Shown piece by piece: positions 25,575 to 35,320 of a stretch of DNA of 64,000 bases. This DNA is from Coriobacteriia bacterium (GTDB lineage: Bacteria; Actinomycetota; Coriobacteriia; Anaerosomatales; JBAZZO01), in NCBI GenBank assembly GCA_041658765.1, contig JBAZZO010000002.1, positions 76,891-140,890 of the forward strand, given 5' to 3'. Position 1 is the first letter of the stretch; every line of letters starts with the position of its first letter. The notes below the pieces were generated by a model that ran no database searches, had not been told where the DNA came from, and saw only the letters and a program-made list of their open reading frames with translations. Position numbers and translations under genes: made by a program.

Positions 25575-26152
25575 GCGACCCCGAGACATGTTCGCGAGAT
25601 GGTCTCGTAGATGGGGCCGCGGGGTGTCAACGTGCTCGAGCACAGGATGACATCCCGCACTGACACGAGCATCGAGGTGGCGTCACCGGCGAGGATCCGC
25701 TCGGCCCCGGAGAGAGCGGTCGCCGGGCATTCGAGTGGTCTGCGGGCGCGCACGAGCGTGACGTGTGCGGTGAACGGACGGGCGTCGCTGCGCTCGGAGA
25801 ACGGCAGGACCGCGTCGCGAACCGAGCCCGCGAGTGCGGCGCAGACTTCTGACGGCCGCGCGGGCACCGACCACAGCATCGACGCCCGCCGAGGTCCGGG
25901 AACGGCGATGACACTGTCGAGCACCAGGGAGAACGGTTCGATACCGGCGCACGCGCGGGAGAGCGGTCCGTCGAGCTCGGCTAGATCGCTCTCCGGGACG
26001 TCGCCAAGGAACGCCAGGGTGATGTGGAGATTCTGAGGCGCGACCCAACGCTCGCCCGCCCACTCCCGGGATCCCGCGCGGATCGTCGCGCCGGCACGCG
26101 TCAGTGCTTCACGTGCCGCGTCAGGGAGCGGAACGGCGACGAAGGAGCGCAC
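25571..26152 (-). CDS. thpR: RNA 2',3'-cyclic phosphodiesterase (2H phosphoesterase, ThpR/LigT family)
   Basis: Two H-x-T-x motifs (HITLAFLG and HVTLVR) at the expected spacing. Confidence 0.8.
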   Translation of the reverse strand: MRSFVAVPLPDAAREALTRAGATIRAGSREWAGERWVAPQNLHITLAFLGDVPESDLAELDGPLSRACAGIEPFSLVLDSVIAVPGPRRASMLWSVPARPSEVCAALAGSVRDAVLPFSERSDARPFTAHVTLVRARRPLECPATALSGAERILAGDATSMLVSVRDVILCSSTLTPRGPIYETISRTCLGVA

Positions 26153-26155
26153 GAC

Positions 26156-27373
26156 TCACCCGGAGGTCGTCAAGGCACGACGGAGGATGTCGAGCGCGAT
26201 GACGGTCGCGTGCTCGCGTACGCGAGCACGCACGCCGCGCACCGCCCGCTGCGACGCCGATGAGCCGGCGCGGTCGCAGACCGCGAACCAGACGGTCCCG
26301 ATCGGCTTCGCGGCGGATCCGCCTCCGGGCCCGGCGACACCCGTCACGGCCACGGTGAGGTCTGCGCCCAGGCGTTCGCGTGCCCCGGACGCCATTGCGG
26401 CGGCGGTCTCTCCGCTGACCGCTCCGTGCATGCTCAGGACGTCCGCGGGGACGCCGAGGATCCTGCTCTTGACCGTGTCGGAGTACGCGATCACGCCGCC
26501 GAGGAACGCCTCGGACGATCCGGGCACGTCGGTCAGGGCCGTCGCGACCATCCCCCCGGTGCACGACTCCGCGGTCGCGATGGTGGTCCCGCTGGACCGG
26601 GCGAGTCGGACGACGGTCTCGGCGAGGGTCGATCCGTCGCGAGCGAAGCAGGAGTCGCCGAGTGCGGTCTCGACGGCCGCAGCCGCTGCATCCAGTACTC
26701 CCTCCCCCACCTCATCGGCCAGGAGGACCACGTCGACGAGCCCGGGCCTTGCGAGGACGGTGAGAAGCACCCCCGGATAGGAGGCGATCGCCCGGGAAGC
26801 GCAGACCTGCGCGTCGGACTCCGTCATCCCGACGACACCCAGCACGACGCTCGGCCGGGGCGCGCCGGCGCGGGACGCTAGATACGCCGCGAGGAGCGGG
26901 CGGAGCTCGTGCGGGGGTCCTGGGAGCAGAAGCAGCTCCCCTGCCGTGGTGGCGACCACCTGGGCGGGAGCGGTGCCGGCGACGGCGTCGAAGACGCGCG
27001 CGCCGTCGAGCACGTCCGCCTGCCGCAGCACCTGCGCACGCGCCGCGGCGTCCGCGTGGAGCGCGGCGGACGCGACAAGACGTTCCTCGAGGTCGGGGTC
27101 GCGAGTCACGCCGATGCCGAGCGCATCGGCGGCTGCCTCGCGCGTGACGTCGTCGTGAGTGGGGCCGAGTCCGCCCGTGACGACCACGAGTTCGTGTGCG
27201 GCGGCGAGGCGAGAGATCGCCGCGGCTATGGCTCTCCGGTCGTCGGGGACGCTCACATGCTCGACCACGCGCAGTCCCGAGGCAGCGAGCGACCTGGAGA
27301 CGTGGCTTGAGTTGGTGTCGAGGCGCAGGCCTTCGGTCAGCTCGGTGCCGACGGTGACGACCGCAGCTGTCAC
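26156..27373 (-). CDS. cinA: CinA family protein (MoCF-like N-domain + nicotinamide-nucleotide amidase PncC-like C-domain)
   Basis: VTVGTELTEGLRLDTNSSHVSRSL and the C-terminal TAESCTGGMVA...FLGGVIAYS. GTG at 27373 forms a GTGA overlap with the pgsA stop. The 661-aa ORF-track entry is an over-extension. Confidence 0.88.
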   Translation of the reverse strand: MTAAVVTVGTELTEGLRLDTNSSHVSRSLAASGLRVVEHVSVPDDRRAIAAAISRLAAAHELVVVTGGLGPTHDDVTREAAADALGIGVTRDPDLEERLVASAALHADAAARAQVLRQADVLDGARVFDAVAGTAPAQVVATTAGELLLLPGPPHELRPLLAAYLASRAGAPRPSVVLGVVGMTESDAQVCASRAIASYPGVLLTVLARPGLVDVVLLADEVGEGVLDAAAAAVETALGDSCFARDGSTLAETVVRLARSSGTTIATAESCTGGMVATALTDVPGSSEAFLGGVIAYSDTVKSRILGVPADVLSMHGAVSGETAAAMASGARERLGADLTVAVTGVAGPGGGSAAKPIGTVWFAVCDRAGSSASQRAVRGVRARVREHATVIALDILRRALTTSG

Positions 27374-27975
27374 GCGCGGGTCTCCGGCTCGCTCCACGGC
27401 CCGGTGATGATGTCCCGTGCGTGGTAGAAGTAGTCGAGCATGGAGGCGATGGTCGCCAGGAGCGCGATCGCCATGACGGTCCACGCGAGCCAGGTGAACG
27501 CGGCAGCCGCGGTGGCGCCCGCGTACGTCTCGAGCAGCGGGGAGTCCTTCACGATGAAGCCGACGATGGCGCATATCTGGAGGACGGTCTTGACCTTGCC
27601 GTACGACGAAGCCGCGATCACCCTCCCCTCGGCGACCGCGACCATCCGCAGCCCCGAGACTATGAGTTCGCGGCTGACGATGACGATGGCGATCCAGGCG
27701 GGCAGCTTCCCGAGATCGACGAGGGCGACTAGGGCGGCCGTGACGAGGAGCTTGTCGGCGAGCGGGTCGATCAGCTTCCCGAACGTCGTGACCTCGTTTC
27801 GGGAGCGCGCGAGATACCCGTCCACCGCATCGGTCGCGGCGAGCATGGTGAAGACCAGCGCCGCGAGCCAGGGTCCCCAGGTGGGCATCCTCCCGAGGAG
27901 GATGACGAGGAAGACCGGTATGAAGACCATTCGCGCAAGGGTGACGCGGTTCGCCCAGTTGAGCCGATTCAACAT
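27370..27975 (-). CDS. pgsA: CDP-diacylglycerol--glycerol-3-phosphate 3-phosphatidyltransferase
   Basis: CDP-alcohol phosphotransferase motif DAVDGYLAR...GKLIDPLADK. The start is the internal Met (MLNRLNWANRVTLAR) at 27975, overlapping the rimO stop by 7 nt. Confidence 0.9.
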   Translation of the reverse strand: MLNRLNWANRVTLARMVFIPVFLVILLGRMPTWGPWLAALVFTMLAATDAVDGYLARSRNEVTTFGKLIDPLADKLLVTAALVALVDLGKLPAWIAIVIVSRELIVSGLRMVAVAEGRVIAASSYGKVKTVLQICAIVGFIVKDSPLLETYAGATAAAAFTWLAWTVMAIALLATIASMLDYFYHARDIITGPWSEPETRA

Positions 27976-29267
27976 CCGATGACCTCGCCGAATAGATCGT
28001 AGCCGGCCGAGTCGACGATGCGTGCGCGGAGGATCTCTCCGGGCACGGCCGACGCGTCCAACGATACCACTCCATCCACCTCCGGAGCCTGGCCGCACGT
28101 GCGGCCGACGGTGGCTCCGTCCTCGTCTTCGCCGTCCACAAGCACTTCGACGACGCTGTCGACCCGCGATGCGGCGATCTCGAATCCTATGGCGTCGCAG
28201 ATGTCGCGCAGGCGCTGGGCGCGCGCGGTGCGAGTCCGGTTCGTGACCTGCCCTTCCATCGACGCGGCCCGCGTGCCGTCCTCACGCGAGTACGCGAAGA
28301 CGCCAGCGAAGTCGAAGCGCGCCGCCCGCGCGAAGTCCTCCAGTTCCCGGGCCTCCGCACGGGTCTCGCCTGGGAACCCCGCGATGAACGTCGTGCGCAG
28401 CGCGGCGCCCGGGAGGGCGTCACGGACGTGCTGGAGGAGATCGAGGTAGCCCTCGCCGTCGCCGGATCGCCCCATGCGTCGCAGCACCGAGCGCGAAGCG
28501 TGCTGCAGGGGGATGTCGAGGTACCGGCAGACCGACGGCACGCTCGCCATCGCGTCGAGCAGGTCTTCCGTCACTCCGTCCGGCTGGAGGTACATGAGAC
28601 GCAGCCGGTCCAGGCCGTCCACGCGGCCGAGGTCGCGCACGAGTCCGGACAGGCGTCCGGCGCCGGGAAGGTCCCGTCCCCACGCGGACACGTCCTGCCC
28701 GACGAGCACGAGTTCGCGCGCACCGCTCTCTACGAGGACGCGCGCCTCGGCGAGGATCTCGCGCGACGACCGGCTCCGATAGGGGCCGCGGATGGCGGGG
28801 ATGGTGCAGTACGCGCATGCGCGGTGGCAACCGTCCGCGACCATGAGGTACGCGACCGGTCCCGACGCGGTCCGCACGGGTCCGGCAGATGGCTCGGCCG
28901 CGATCCCGGTGAGGCGTTCGATGACGTCGAGGAGGCCCGCCTCGCCCGCGACGGGGACGAACGCGTCGGCCTCCGGCAGGGCGGTCTCGAGCTCGCGTCC
29001 GTAGCGGGACGGGAGGCACCCCGCCACGATGACGTGCCTTCCCCGGCGCGCGGCACGCCATATGACGGCGAGCTCCAGAGCCCGCTCCACGGACTCCTCG
29101 ACGGCCTCCCGAACGAAAGCGCACGTGCTGAGGACGATGACGTCGGCGTCGTCCGCGTCGGCAGCTATCCCGTAGGCCGAGGCTGCGACCGAGGCGGCCA
29201 TGCGGTCGGCGTCGACCTCGTTCTTCGGGCAGCCCAAGGTCTCGAAGGCGACGCGGACCGTTCGCAC
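27969..29267 (-). CDS. rimO: Ribosomal protein S12 methylthiotransferase
   Basis: FETLGCPKNEVD, radical-SAM CHRACAYCTIP and a TRAM-like C-terminus. GTG at 29267 is chosen because the ORF-track start overlaps yajQ. Confidence 0.88.
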   Translation of the reverse strand: MRTVRVAFETLGCPKNEVDADRMAASVAASAYGIAADADDADVIVLSTCAFVREAVEESVERALELAVIWRAARRGRHVIVAGCLPSRYGRELETALPEADAFVPVAGEAGLLDVIERLTGIAAEPSAGPVRTASGPVAYLMVADGCHRACAYCTIPAIRGPYRSRSSREILAEARVLVESGARELVLVGQDVSAWGRDLPGAGRLSGLVRDLGRVDGLDRLRLMYLQPDGVTEDLLDAMASVPSVCRYLDIPLQHASRSVLRRMGRSGDGEGYLDLLQHVRDALPGAALRTTFIAGFPGETRAEARELEDFARAARFDFAGVFAYSREDGTRAASMEGQVTNRTRTARAQRLRDICDAIGFEIAASRVDSVVEVLVDGEDEDGATVGRTCGQAPEVDGVVSLDASAVPGEILRARIVDSAGYDLFGEVIGC

Positions 29268-29274
29268 GTCGGGC

Positions 29275-29772
29275 TCAGCGGTAGTTCGTGAACTGGAGCG
29301 GGATGCCGTAGTCGGCGGCCTTGAGGAAGGCGATGACCGCTTGGAGTTCGTCACGGACCGGGCTGAAGACCCGCAGCTTCTCACCCTCTATCTGGACCTT
29401 CACCTTATGCTTCGCGTCGCGGATGTCCTTGTTGATGCGCCGCGCTATCTCGACGTCGATGCCGTTGATGACCGTCGCCGCGGACCGGACGGTCGAACCG
29501 GCCGCGGGCTCGGTCTTCCCCCACTGGACCGCGGCGAGGTCGATCCCGCGGCGGACGAGCTTGGTGGAGAGGACGTCCACGACCTGGCGAAGCACGAAGT
29601 CGCTCGGGGCGTGGACGGCGATGGTGCCGTCATGCTTGTCCAGTGCGACGGTGGAGCCCGTGTCCTTCAGATCGTAGCGCTGCGTGATCTCCTTCATGGT
29701 CTGCTGTACGGCGTTGTCGGCCTCCTGCAGATCCACGTTCGAGACGACGTCGAAACTCTGATCCTTGGCCAT
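29275..29772 (-). CDS. yajQ: YajQ family nucleotide-binding protein (UPF0234)
   Basis: A 165-aa product, MAKDQSFDVVSNVDLQEADNAVQQTMKEITQRYDLK...PLQFTNYR, matching YajQ along its full length. ATG at 29772. Confidence 0.88.
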   Translation of the reverse strand: MAKDQSFDVVSNVDLQEADNAVQQTMKEITQRYDLKDTGSTVALDKHDGTIAVHAPSDFVLRQVVDVLSTKLVRRGIDLAAVQWGKTEPAAGSTVRSAATVINGIDVEIARRINKDIRDAKHKVKVQIEGEKLRVFSPVRDELQAVIAFLKAADYGIPLQFTNYR

Positions 29773-29798
29773 ATGCGACCTTCCCTCGGTGGGCGGGT

Positions 29799-30551
29799 TC
29801 AGGGCGCCGCGGTGAGAGTGACCTGAGAGATGCCCGCGGAGGACGGGACCTTGACGAGCTCGCCGTCGCGGCTCACCGACACGGCGCTCGGGCGTCCCAC
29901 GCGGACGTTCGCGCGGCTTGTGACCTGCCACTCCTTGGCGGCCGGTCCGTCGAGCGTCCCTTCGTATGCTTTGAGGCCGTCGACCGTCACTCGCAGCCAG
30001 GAAGCCTGGCCTTCGGCGACGTCGATGCGAAGGGTGAACGGCTCACCCGGCACGACTTCTCCGCTCGCGTCCGTGGACGCGGCGGGAGCCGGAGACGGCG
30101 AGCCGGTGGCTGCCGGAGACGCCGAACCGGTCGGCGTCCTGGGGATGGGCGGCACGGTGGAGGTGCGCCGGGTGAGCCGCCCGCCTCCCCAGATGAGCAA
30201 TGCGACCACGAGAACGGTGCCGAGGATGGTCGCCCAGGTGCGCAGCGGCATGTAGTGCGCTTCGGCGCGCCTCGGCATCACCGGTTCGGGCAGCCGGATG
30301 GTCTCCCCCTCGCGCTTGCCGCCGCCTTCGGCGCGGTAGAGCTCGAGCAGCGGGGCCGCGTCGAGTTCCAGGAAGGCCGCGTAGCTCTGGATGAAGCCCT
30401 TCACGTACGCTGCGGTCGGGAGCTCGTCGTACCGGCCGTTCTCGAGAGCCTCGAGGAGGCGGGCACGGATACGTGTCGCAGCGGCCGCGTCGGCGAGGCT
30501 TCTCCCCCGTCGGCGGCGCTCGTCCGCAAGCGTCTGTCCCAGCGTGCTCAT
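29799..30551 (-). CDS. RodZ-like HTH membrane protein (XRE-type HTH + TM + DUF4115-like C-domain)
   Basis: N-terminal LGQTLADERRRRGRSLADAAAATRIRARLLEALENGRYDELP..YVKGF, a central TM helix, a Pro/Ser-rich linker and a beta-rich C-terminus. Confidence 0.7.
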   Translation of the reverse strand: MSTLGQTLADERRRRGRSLADAAAATRIRARLLEALENGRYDELPTAAYVKGFIQSYAAFLELDAAPLLELYRAEGGGKREGETIRLPEPVMPRRAEAHYMPLRTWATILGTVLVVALLIWGGGRLTRRTSTVPPIPRTPTGSASPAATGSPSPAPAASTDASGEVVPGEPFTLRIDVAEGQASWLRVTVDGLKAYEGTLDGPAAKEWQVTSRANVRVGRPSAVSVSRDGELVKVPSSAGISQVTLTAAP

Positions 30552-30585
30552 GCGGGCATTCTACCCCAACGGCCCTTCTACCGGG

Positions 30586-32799
30586 TCAGTCTTGCTCGCG
30601 GTCGCGACGCTCGAACGCCTTGACGGACTCGAGTCCCTCGATATCGACGAGGACCTCGCGAGGTTTGCTCCCATCGGGCGCGCCGACGATGCCCTTGCTC
30701 TCGAGCATGTCCATCATCCGGCCCGCGCGAGCGTACCCGACCTTGAGACGGCGCTGGAGGAGCGAAGTCGAACCCAAGCTCGACGTCACGACGATGTCCG
30801 CAGCCTCCCAGAGCAGCGGGTCGTCGTCTCCGCCGTCGATCTCGCCTGATGACCCTGGGGTGGCTACGCGCAGGTGGAGTATCTCCTCGTGGTACTCGGG
30901 TTCCGACTGACTCCGCAAGTGGGCGACGACCTGCTCGATCTCTCCCTCGGACACGTACGCGCCCTGGATGCGCTTCGGCTTCGGCCAAGCCGGCGTGGAG
31001 AACAGCATGTCGCCGAGGCCGACGAGCTGCTCAGCGCCGTTCTGGTCGAGGATCACGCGAGAGTCGATGCCGCTGCCAACGGCGAACGCGATCCGGTGGG
31101 TGATGTTGGTCTTGATGAGTCCGGTGATGATGTCGGTCGACGGGCGCTGCGTCGCGACGATGAGATGGATGCCTGCGGCGCGAGCGAGCTGTGCGAGGCG
31201 GCAGATGGAGTCCTCGACCTCCTTGGCGGCCACCATCATGAGGTCCGCGAGCTCGTCGATGACGATGACGATGTACGGCATCGCCTCGGCGCCTTCGGGG
31301 GCCGTTCCCTCGTGGACGGCAAGGTTGAACTGGGCGATGTTGCGCGCGCCGGCGCCTTGGAGGCGGCGCAGGCGGGACTCCATCTCCTGGACGGCCCACG
31401 CGAGTGCCGACGCCGCTTCCCGGGGCTCGGTGACGACGGGCACGTACAGGTGCGGCACGCCGTTGTAGAGCGACAGTTCTATGCGCTTGGGATCGATGAG
31501 GATGAGACGCACTTCCGCGGGAGTCGCTCGCATGAGTATGGAGACGAGGAGCGCGTTGATGCAGACCGACTTGCCCGTTCCCGTCGACCCCGCGATGAGC
31601 AGATGCGGCATCGCCGCGAGGTCCGCGAGGACCGACTCGCCGGACACGTCCTTGCCGATGCCGAGGAGCAGAGGGCTCAAGCGTTCCGCGAAAGCGGGAG
31701 CCGCGAGCACGTCCCCTAGCGTGACCGTCGAGCGCCGTTCGTTGGGCACCTCGATGCCGATGTAGCTCTTCCCCGGGATGGGGGCGAGGATGCGGATCGT
31801 GGGAGCGGCGAGCGCCAGGGTGATGTCGTCCGCGAGAGCGGTGACGCGGTTGACCTTGATCCCCTTGGCGATCTGGACTTCGAACATCGTCACCGTCGGT
31901 CCCGCGATCCAATCGACGACCCGGGCCGCGATGTCGAAGGTGGCGAGCGTCTGCTCGATCAGCGCCGACGTCTGCTTCTGCTCTGCGTCAGAGGTCTTGT
32001 GCGAGGCCGGCAACTGAGGGCTTCGGGCGAGCAGGTCGGACCGCGGGAGGTCGAACCCCTCCATCGCCATGGGAGCGACGACCCGCGTGGTCGGCAGCGT
32101 CTTGCGCCGCGCCTCCGGGTCGGTCTCCTCTTCCGCGTCCCCGCGAGCCTTGCGTCTCGCTGGAGGAAGCGGCCCGGCCTCCGGCTCCAGGTCCTCTAGC
32201 GGGACGGTGCGGGTGCCGCGGCGTGCGGAACGCTCGGGTGTGGCGGTCGACGGCGCGGGTCGGTGGATGAGGGAGCCGACGCGGCCCACCAGCCCCGCGA
32301 CGGAGAGTCCGGCGACCACGAGACCGATCAGCGAGGCGGCGGTGAGGGTGACATAGGCTATCGCGGTGCCGAGCAGAGAACGCAGGGCCCACGCGACGCC
32401 CGCGCCAGCCCAGCCTCCGTGCGTCATGAGGGAGTCGCGCTCCCACTGGAGGGCGGGATCGACGCGCAACGCGACCATGGCGACGACCGAGAGCGCCACG
32501 AGGGCGATCCCGCCTCCGACGCGGGCCTCGTCGACGTCCCAGCCGCGCACGAAGAAGCTCACTCCCCACAACAGGATGCCGACGGGTATGCCGAAGGCGC
32601 CGACGCCGAAGCCGAGCCTCATGGCGAGGGACACGTATCGCGGGATGACGGCCGTGGACGTCGTCAGGACACCGATGAGGAGGGCGATCGCGAACGCGCA
32701 CAGCGCGATGCCGCAGATCTCGCGTCGCGCGTCGGTCGCGAGGGAGGAAGGGGTCCGCGGGCGGGCCGCGCGGCGGTCGGAGACGCGCGTTCGGGCCAT
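30586..32799 (-). CDS. ftsK: DNA translocase FtsK/SpoIIIE
   Basis: N-terminal TM helices, a linker, the motor domain with Walker A GSTGTGKSV and a C-terminal gamma winged helix (LLQRRLKVGYARAGRMMD). Confidence 0.93.
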   Translation of the reverse strand: MARTRVSDRRAARPRTPSSLATDARREICGIALCAFAIALLIGVLTTSTAVIPRYVSLAMRLGFGVGAFGIPVGILLWGVSFFVRGWDVDEARVGGGIALVALSVVAMVALRVDPALQWERDSLMTHGGWAGAGVAWALRSLLGTAIAYVTLTAASLIGLVVAGLSVAGLVGRVGSLIHRPAPSTATPERSARRGTRTVPLEDLEPEAGPLPPARRKARGDAEEETDPEARRKTLPTTRVVAPMAMEGFDLPRSDLLARSPQLPASHKTSDAEQKQTSALIEQTLATFDIAARVVDWIAGPTVTMFEVQIAKGIKVNRVTALADDITLALAAPTIRILAPIPGKSYIGIEVPNERRSTVTLGDVLAAPAFAERLSPLLLGIGKDVSGESVLADLAAMPHLLIAGSTGTGKSVCINALLVSILMRATPAEVRLILIDPKRIELSLYNGVPHLYVPVVTEPREAASALAWAVQEMESRLRRLQGAGARNIAQFNLAVHEGTAPEGAEAMPYIVIVIDELADLMMVAAKEVEDSICRLAQLARAAGIHLIVATQRPSTDIITGLIKTNITHRIAFAVGSGIDSRVILDQNGAEQLVGLGDMLFSTPAWPKPKRIQGAYVSEGEIEQVVAHLRSQSEPEYHEEILHLRVATPGSSGEIDGGDDDPLLWEAADIVVTSSLGSTSLLQRRLKVGYARAGRMMDMLESKGIVGAPDGSKPREVLVDIEGLESVKAFERRDREQD

Positions 32800-32811
32800 C
32801 GTCTCCCCCTC

Positions 32812-33621
32812 TCAGCCGATGTGCGGGAACCCGAGCAGGATGACGCCCAGGACCGCGGTATATGCGGCGAACACGTAGAGGGGCGCTCGCTTGACGACGG
32901 CGAGCAGACCCCGTATCGAGAGGTATCCGGCCACTCCCGCAGTGGCGAAACCGGCGACCGATGCCGAGGCGCCCGGCAGGGTGTGGGCCCCGGAGAGAAG
33001 GTCGAGCGCGTCCTTCGCGCTCGCGAGCGCGATGATCGGTATCCCGAGGAGGAACGAAAAGCGAGCCGCCTGCGAGCGGTCGAGACCCGCGAACATGCCG
33101 CCCGCGATCGTGGAGCCCGAGCGCGAAAGGCCAGGGAGGACGGCCGCTCCCTGGAAGAGAGCGACCATCGCGAGCTTCGGCCACGACATGCCCTCGGGCC
33201 CGTCGAGGCGTGATACGCGCGCGTGGAGGGATTCGGCGAGCGCGAGCAAAGCGGCGGTGCCGAGGAACCACACGCCGACCCACCTCAGATCCGCCGCCAT
33301 GGGCTCGACCACCGGCGCGATCGAGAGAGCGACGGCCCCACTCACGACGGTGCCCGCGAGAAGAAGGCCGACCAGGCGACGGTCACCGGCGCGATCGGGC
33401 CCCCAGGGAGGGACGATCGAGGCGACGAGGCGGGAGATATCCGACCGGAAGTAGACGAGCATCGCGAGGAGCGTGGCGCCGTGGAGGAAGACCTCGAACG
33501 CAAGGCTCGGGCGCAGGCGCATGAAGGCGTACGCGAGAGCGAGGTGACCGTCCGACGAGATCGGGAGGAACTCCGTGATGCCCTGGACGGCACCGAGGAC
33601 GATAGCCTGGAGGACTCCCAC
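32812..33621 (-). CDS. uppP: Undecaprenyl-diphosphate phosphatase
   Basis: AIVLGAVQGITEFLPISSDGHL and SRSGSTI motifs of BacA/UppP. Confidence 0.92.
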   Translation of the reverse strand: MGVLQAIVLGAVQGITEFLPISSDGHLALAYAFMRLRPSLAFEVFLHGATLLAMLVYFRSDISRLVASIVPPWGPDRAGDRRLVGLLLAGTVVSGAVALSIAPVVEPMAADLRWVGVWFLGTAALLALAESLHARVSRLDGPEGMSWPKLAMVALFQGAAVLPGLSRSGSTIAGGMFAGLDRSQAARFSFLLGIPIIALASAKDALDLLSGAHTLPGASASVAGFATAGVAGYLSIRGLLAVVKRAPLYVFAAYTAVLGVILLGFPHIG

Positions 33622-33625
33622 GGGG

Positions 33626-35320
33626 TCAGACCTCCATGACGATGGGGATGATCATCGGTCGGCGCCGTATCCGCTCCCACATGAACTGCGAGAGCGATTC
33701 GCGCAGTGCGCGCTTGACGACGCCGTGGTCGGTGACGCCCTCCCTGGAGGTCTTGGCGAGAGCCTTGTCGATGCGTGCGCGCATCTCGTCGACGAGTTCC
33801 TCGGAGCCTTCTCCGAATACGACGCCGCGCATGACGAGCTCCGGATCGCCCATGACCTTGCCGGTCTGCGTGTCTATGGCGACGACGATCATCGCGATGC
33901 CGTCGCTGGCGAGCAGCTGACGGTCACGGAGGACGACCTGCCCGACGTCGCCGACCGAGAGTCCGTCGACATAGACCACGCCGCTCGGCACGTGTTCGGC
34001 GATCTTGGCGCCGCCGGATGCGGTGAGCTCGAGGACCTGTCCGTTCTCGAGCACGAAGATATCGCGGTCGGGCATGCCCATGCCCATGGCGTGCGCGGCA
34101 TGTGCGCGGAGGTGACGGGTCTCGCCGTGGACCGGAGCGAAGTACTTCGGCTTCACAAGGTTGAGCATGAGTTTGAGCTCCTCGGCCGCGCCGTGACCCG
34201 AGACGTGGACGTCCGCCACGCCCTTGTGCAGGACGGTCGCGCCGGCGCGGAAGAGGCGGTTGATGACGCGGCTCACGGCCTTCTCGTTGCCCGGCACCGG
34301 TGACGCGGATATGACGACCGTGTCGCCTGCTTGCACGGTGACCGTCTTGTGGTCGGCGTTCGCCATGCGCGCCAAGGCCGACAACGGCTCGCCCTGGCTC
34401 CCGGTCGAGAGGACGACGATGCGGTCCGGGGGAAGCGAGCCCATGTCGTAGGCGTCGAGGATGTCGGAGTCGTCGATGTGGAGATAGCCCAGTTCGCGGG
34501 CGATGCGTGTGTTGTTGATCATCGAGCGGCCGGTGACGACCACCTTGCGGCCGCATTCGACGGCCGCGTCGCAGACCTGCTGGATGCGGTGGATGTGCGA
34601 CGCGAAGGAGGCGACGATGATACGCTGGTCGGCCTCGCGGAAGAGCCGGCGAAGCGTGCGGCCGACGTCCGCCTCCGGCCGCGTGTAGCCAGGCGTCTCG
34701 GCGTTCGTCGAGTCGGACAGCAGTAGCAGCACGCCCTGGCGGCCGGCCTTCGCGAGCGCGGCGAAATCGGTCTGCCTGCCGTCGATCGGTGTCTGATCGA
34801 ACTTGAAGTCGCCGGTGTGCAGCACGTTGCCGACGGGGGTGTGGACGAGCACGGCCAATGCGTCGGGGATCGAGTGGTTCACCTGGATGAAGTCGAACCC
34901 GAAGCAGCCGAGCGAGACGTGACTGCCCGCCTTGACCTCGCGCAGCTTCGTGCGCGTGATGCGGTGCTCCTCGAGCTTGACGCCGATGAGGCCGAGCGTG
35001 AGGCGGCTTGCCAGCACCGGGACCGGCCGCGGGAGGTCGCGCAGGAGGTAAGGGACGGCTCCGGTGTGGTCCTCGTGACCGTGCGTGACGATGATGCCGC
35101 GCAGCTTGTCTGCCCGCTCGACGACGTAGGAGTAGTCGGGCAGGAGGAGGTCGACGCCCGGGCTGTCGTCGTCGGGGAACATGATCCCCGCGTCGATCAC
35201 GACCATGTCCTCGCCGTACTCGAAGACGGTCATGTTCTTGCCGATCTCGTCGAGCCCGCCGAGAGGGATGATGCGCAGGCGGCGTTCCTCGACTTCGGCC
35301 TTGGGTTTGGCGCGCGTCAT
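33626..35320 (-). CDS. rnj: Ribonuclease J
   Basis: Metallo-beta-lactamase HGHEDH, a beta-CASP region and the N-terminal RIIPLGGLDEIGKNM. ATGA overlap with the dapA stop. Confidence 0.93.
   Translation of the reverse strand: MTRAKPKAEVEERRLRIIPLGGLDEIGKNMTVFEYGEDMVVIDAGIMFPDDDSPGVDLLLPDYSYVVERADKLRGIIVTHGHEDHTGAVPYLLRDLPRPVPVLASRLTLGLIGVKLEEHRITRTKLREVKAGSHVSLGCFGFDFIQVNHSIPDALAVLVHTPVGNVLHTGDFKFDQTPIDGRQTDFAALAKAGRQGVLLLLSDSTNAETPGYTRPEADVGRTLRRLFREADQRIIVASFASHIHRIQQVCDAAVECGRKVVVTGRSMINNTRIARELGYLHIDDSDILDAYDMGSLPPDRIVVLSTGSQGEPLSALARMANADHKTVTVQAGDTVVISASPVPGNEKAVSRVINRLFRAGATVLHKGVADVHVSGHGAAEELKLMLNLVKPKYFAPVHGETRHLRAHAAHAMGMGMPDRDIFVLENGQVLELTASGGAKIAEHVPSGVVYVDGLSVGDVGQVVLRDRQLLASDGIAMIVVAIDTQTGKVMGDPELVMRGVVFGEGSEELVDEMRARIDKALAKTSREGVTDHGVVKRALRESLSQFMWERIRRRPMIIPIVMEV

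Noticed and set aside
26156-28141. A single 661-aa ORF spanning the cinA and pgsA regions.
   Set aside because: Only the C-terminal ~406 aa look like CinA. The upstream part is Arg/Pro-rich nonsense that overlaps pgsA, which is clearly encoded in another frame. GTG at 27373 forms a GTGA coupling with the pgsA stop.
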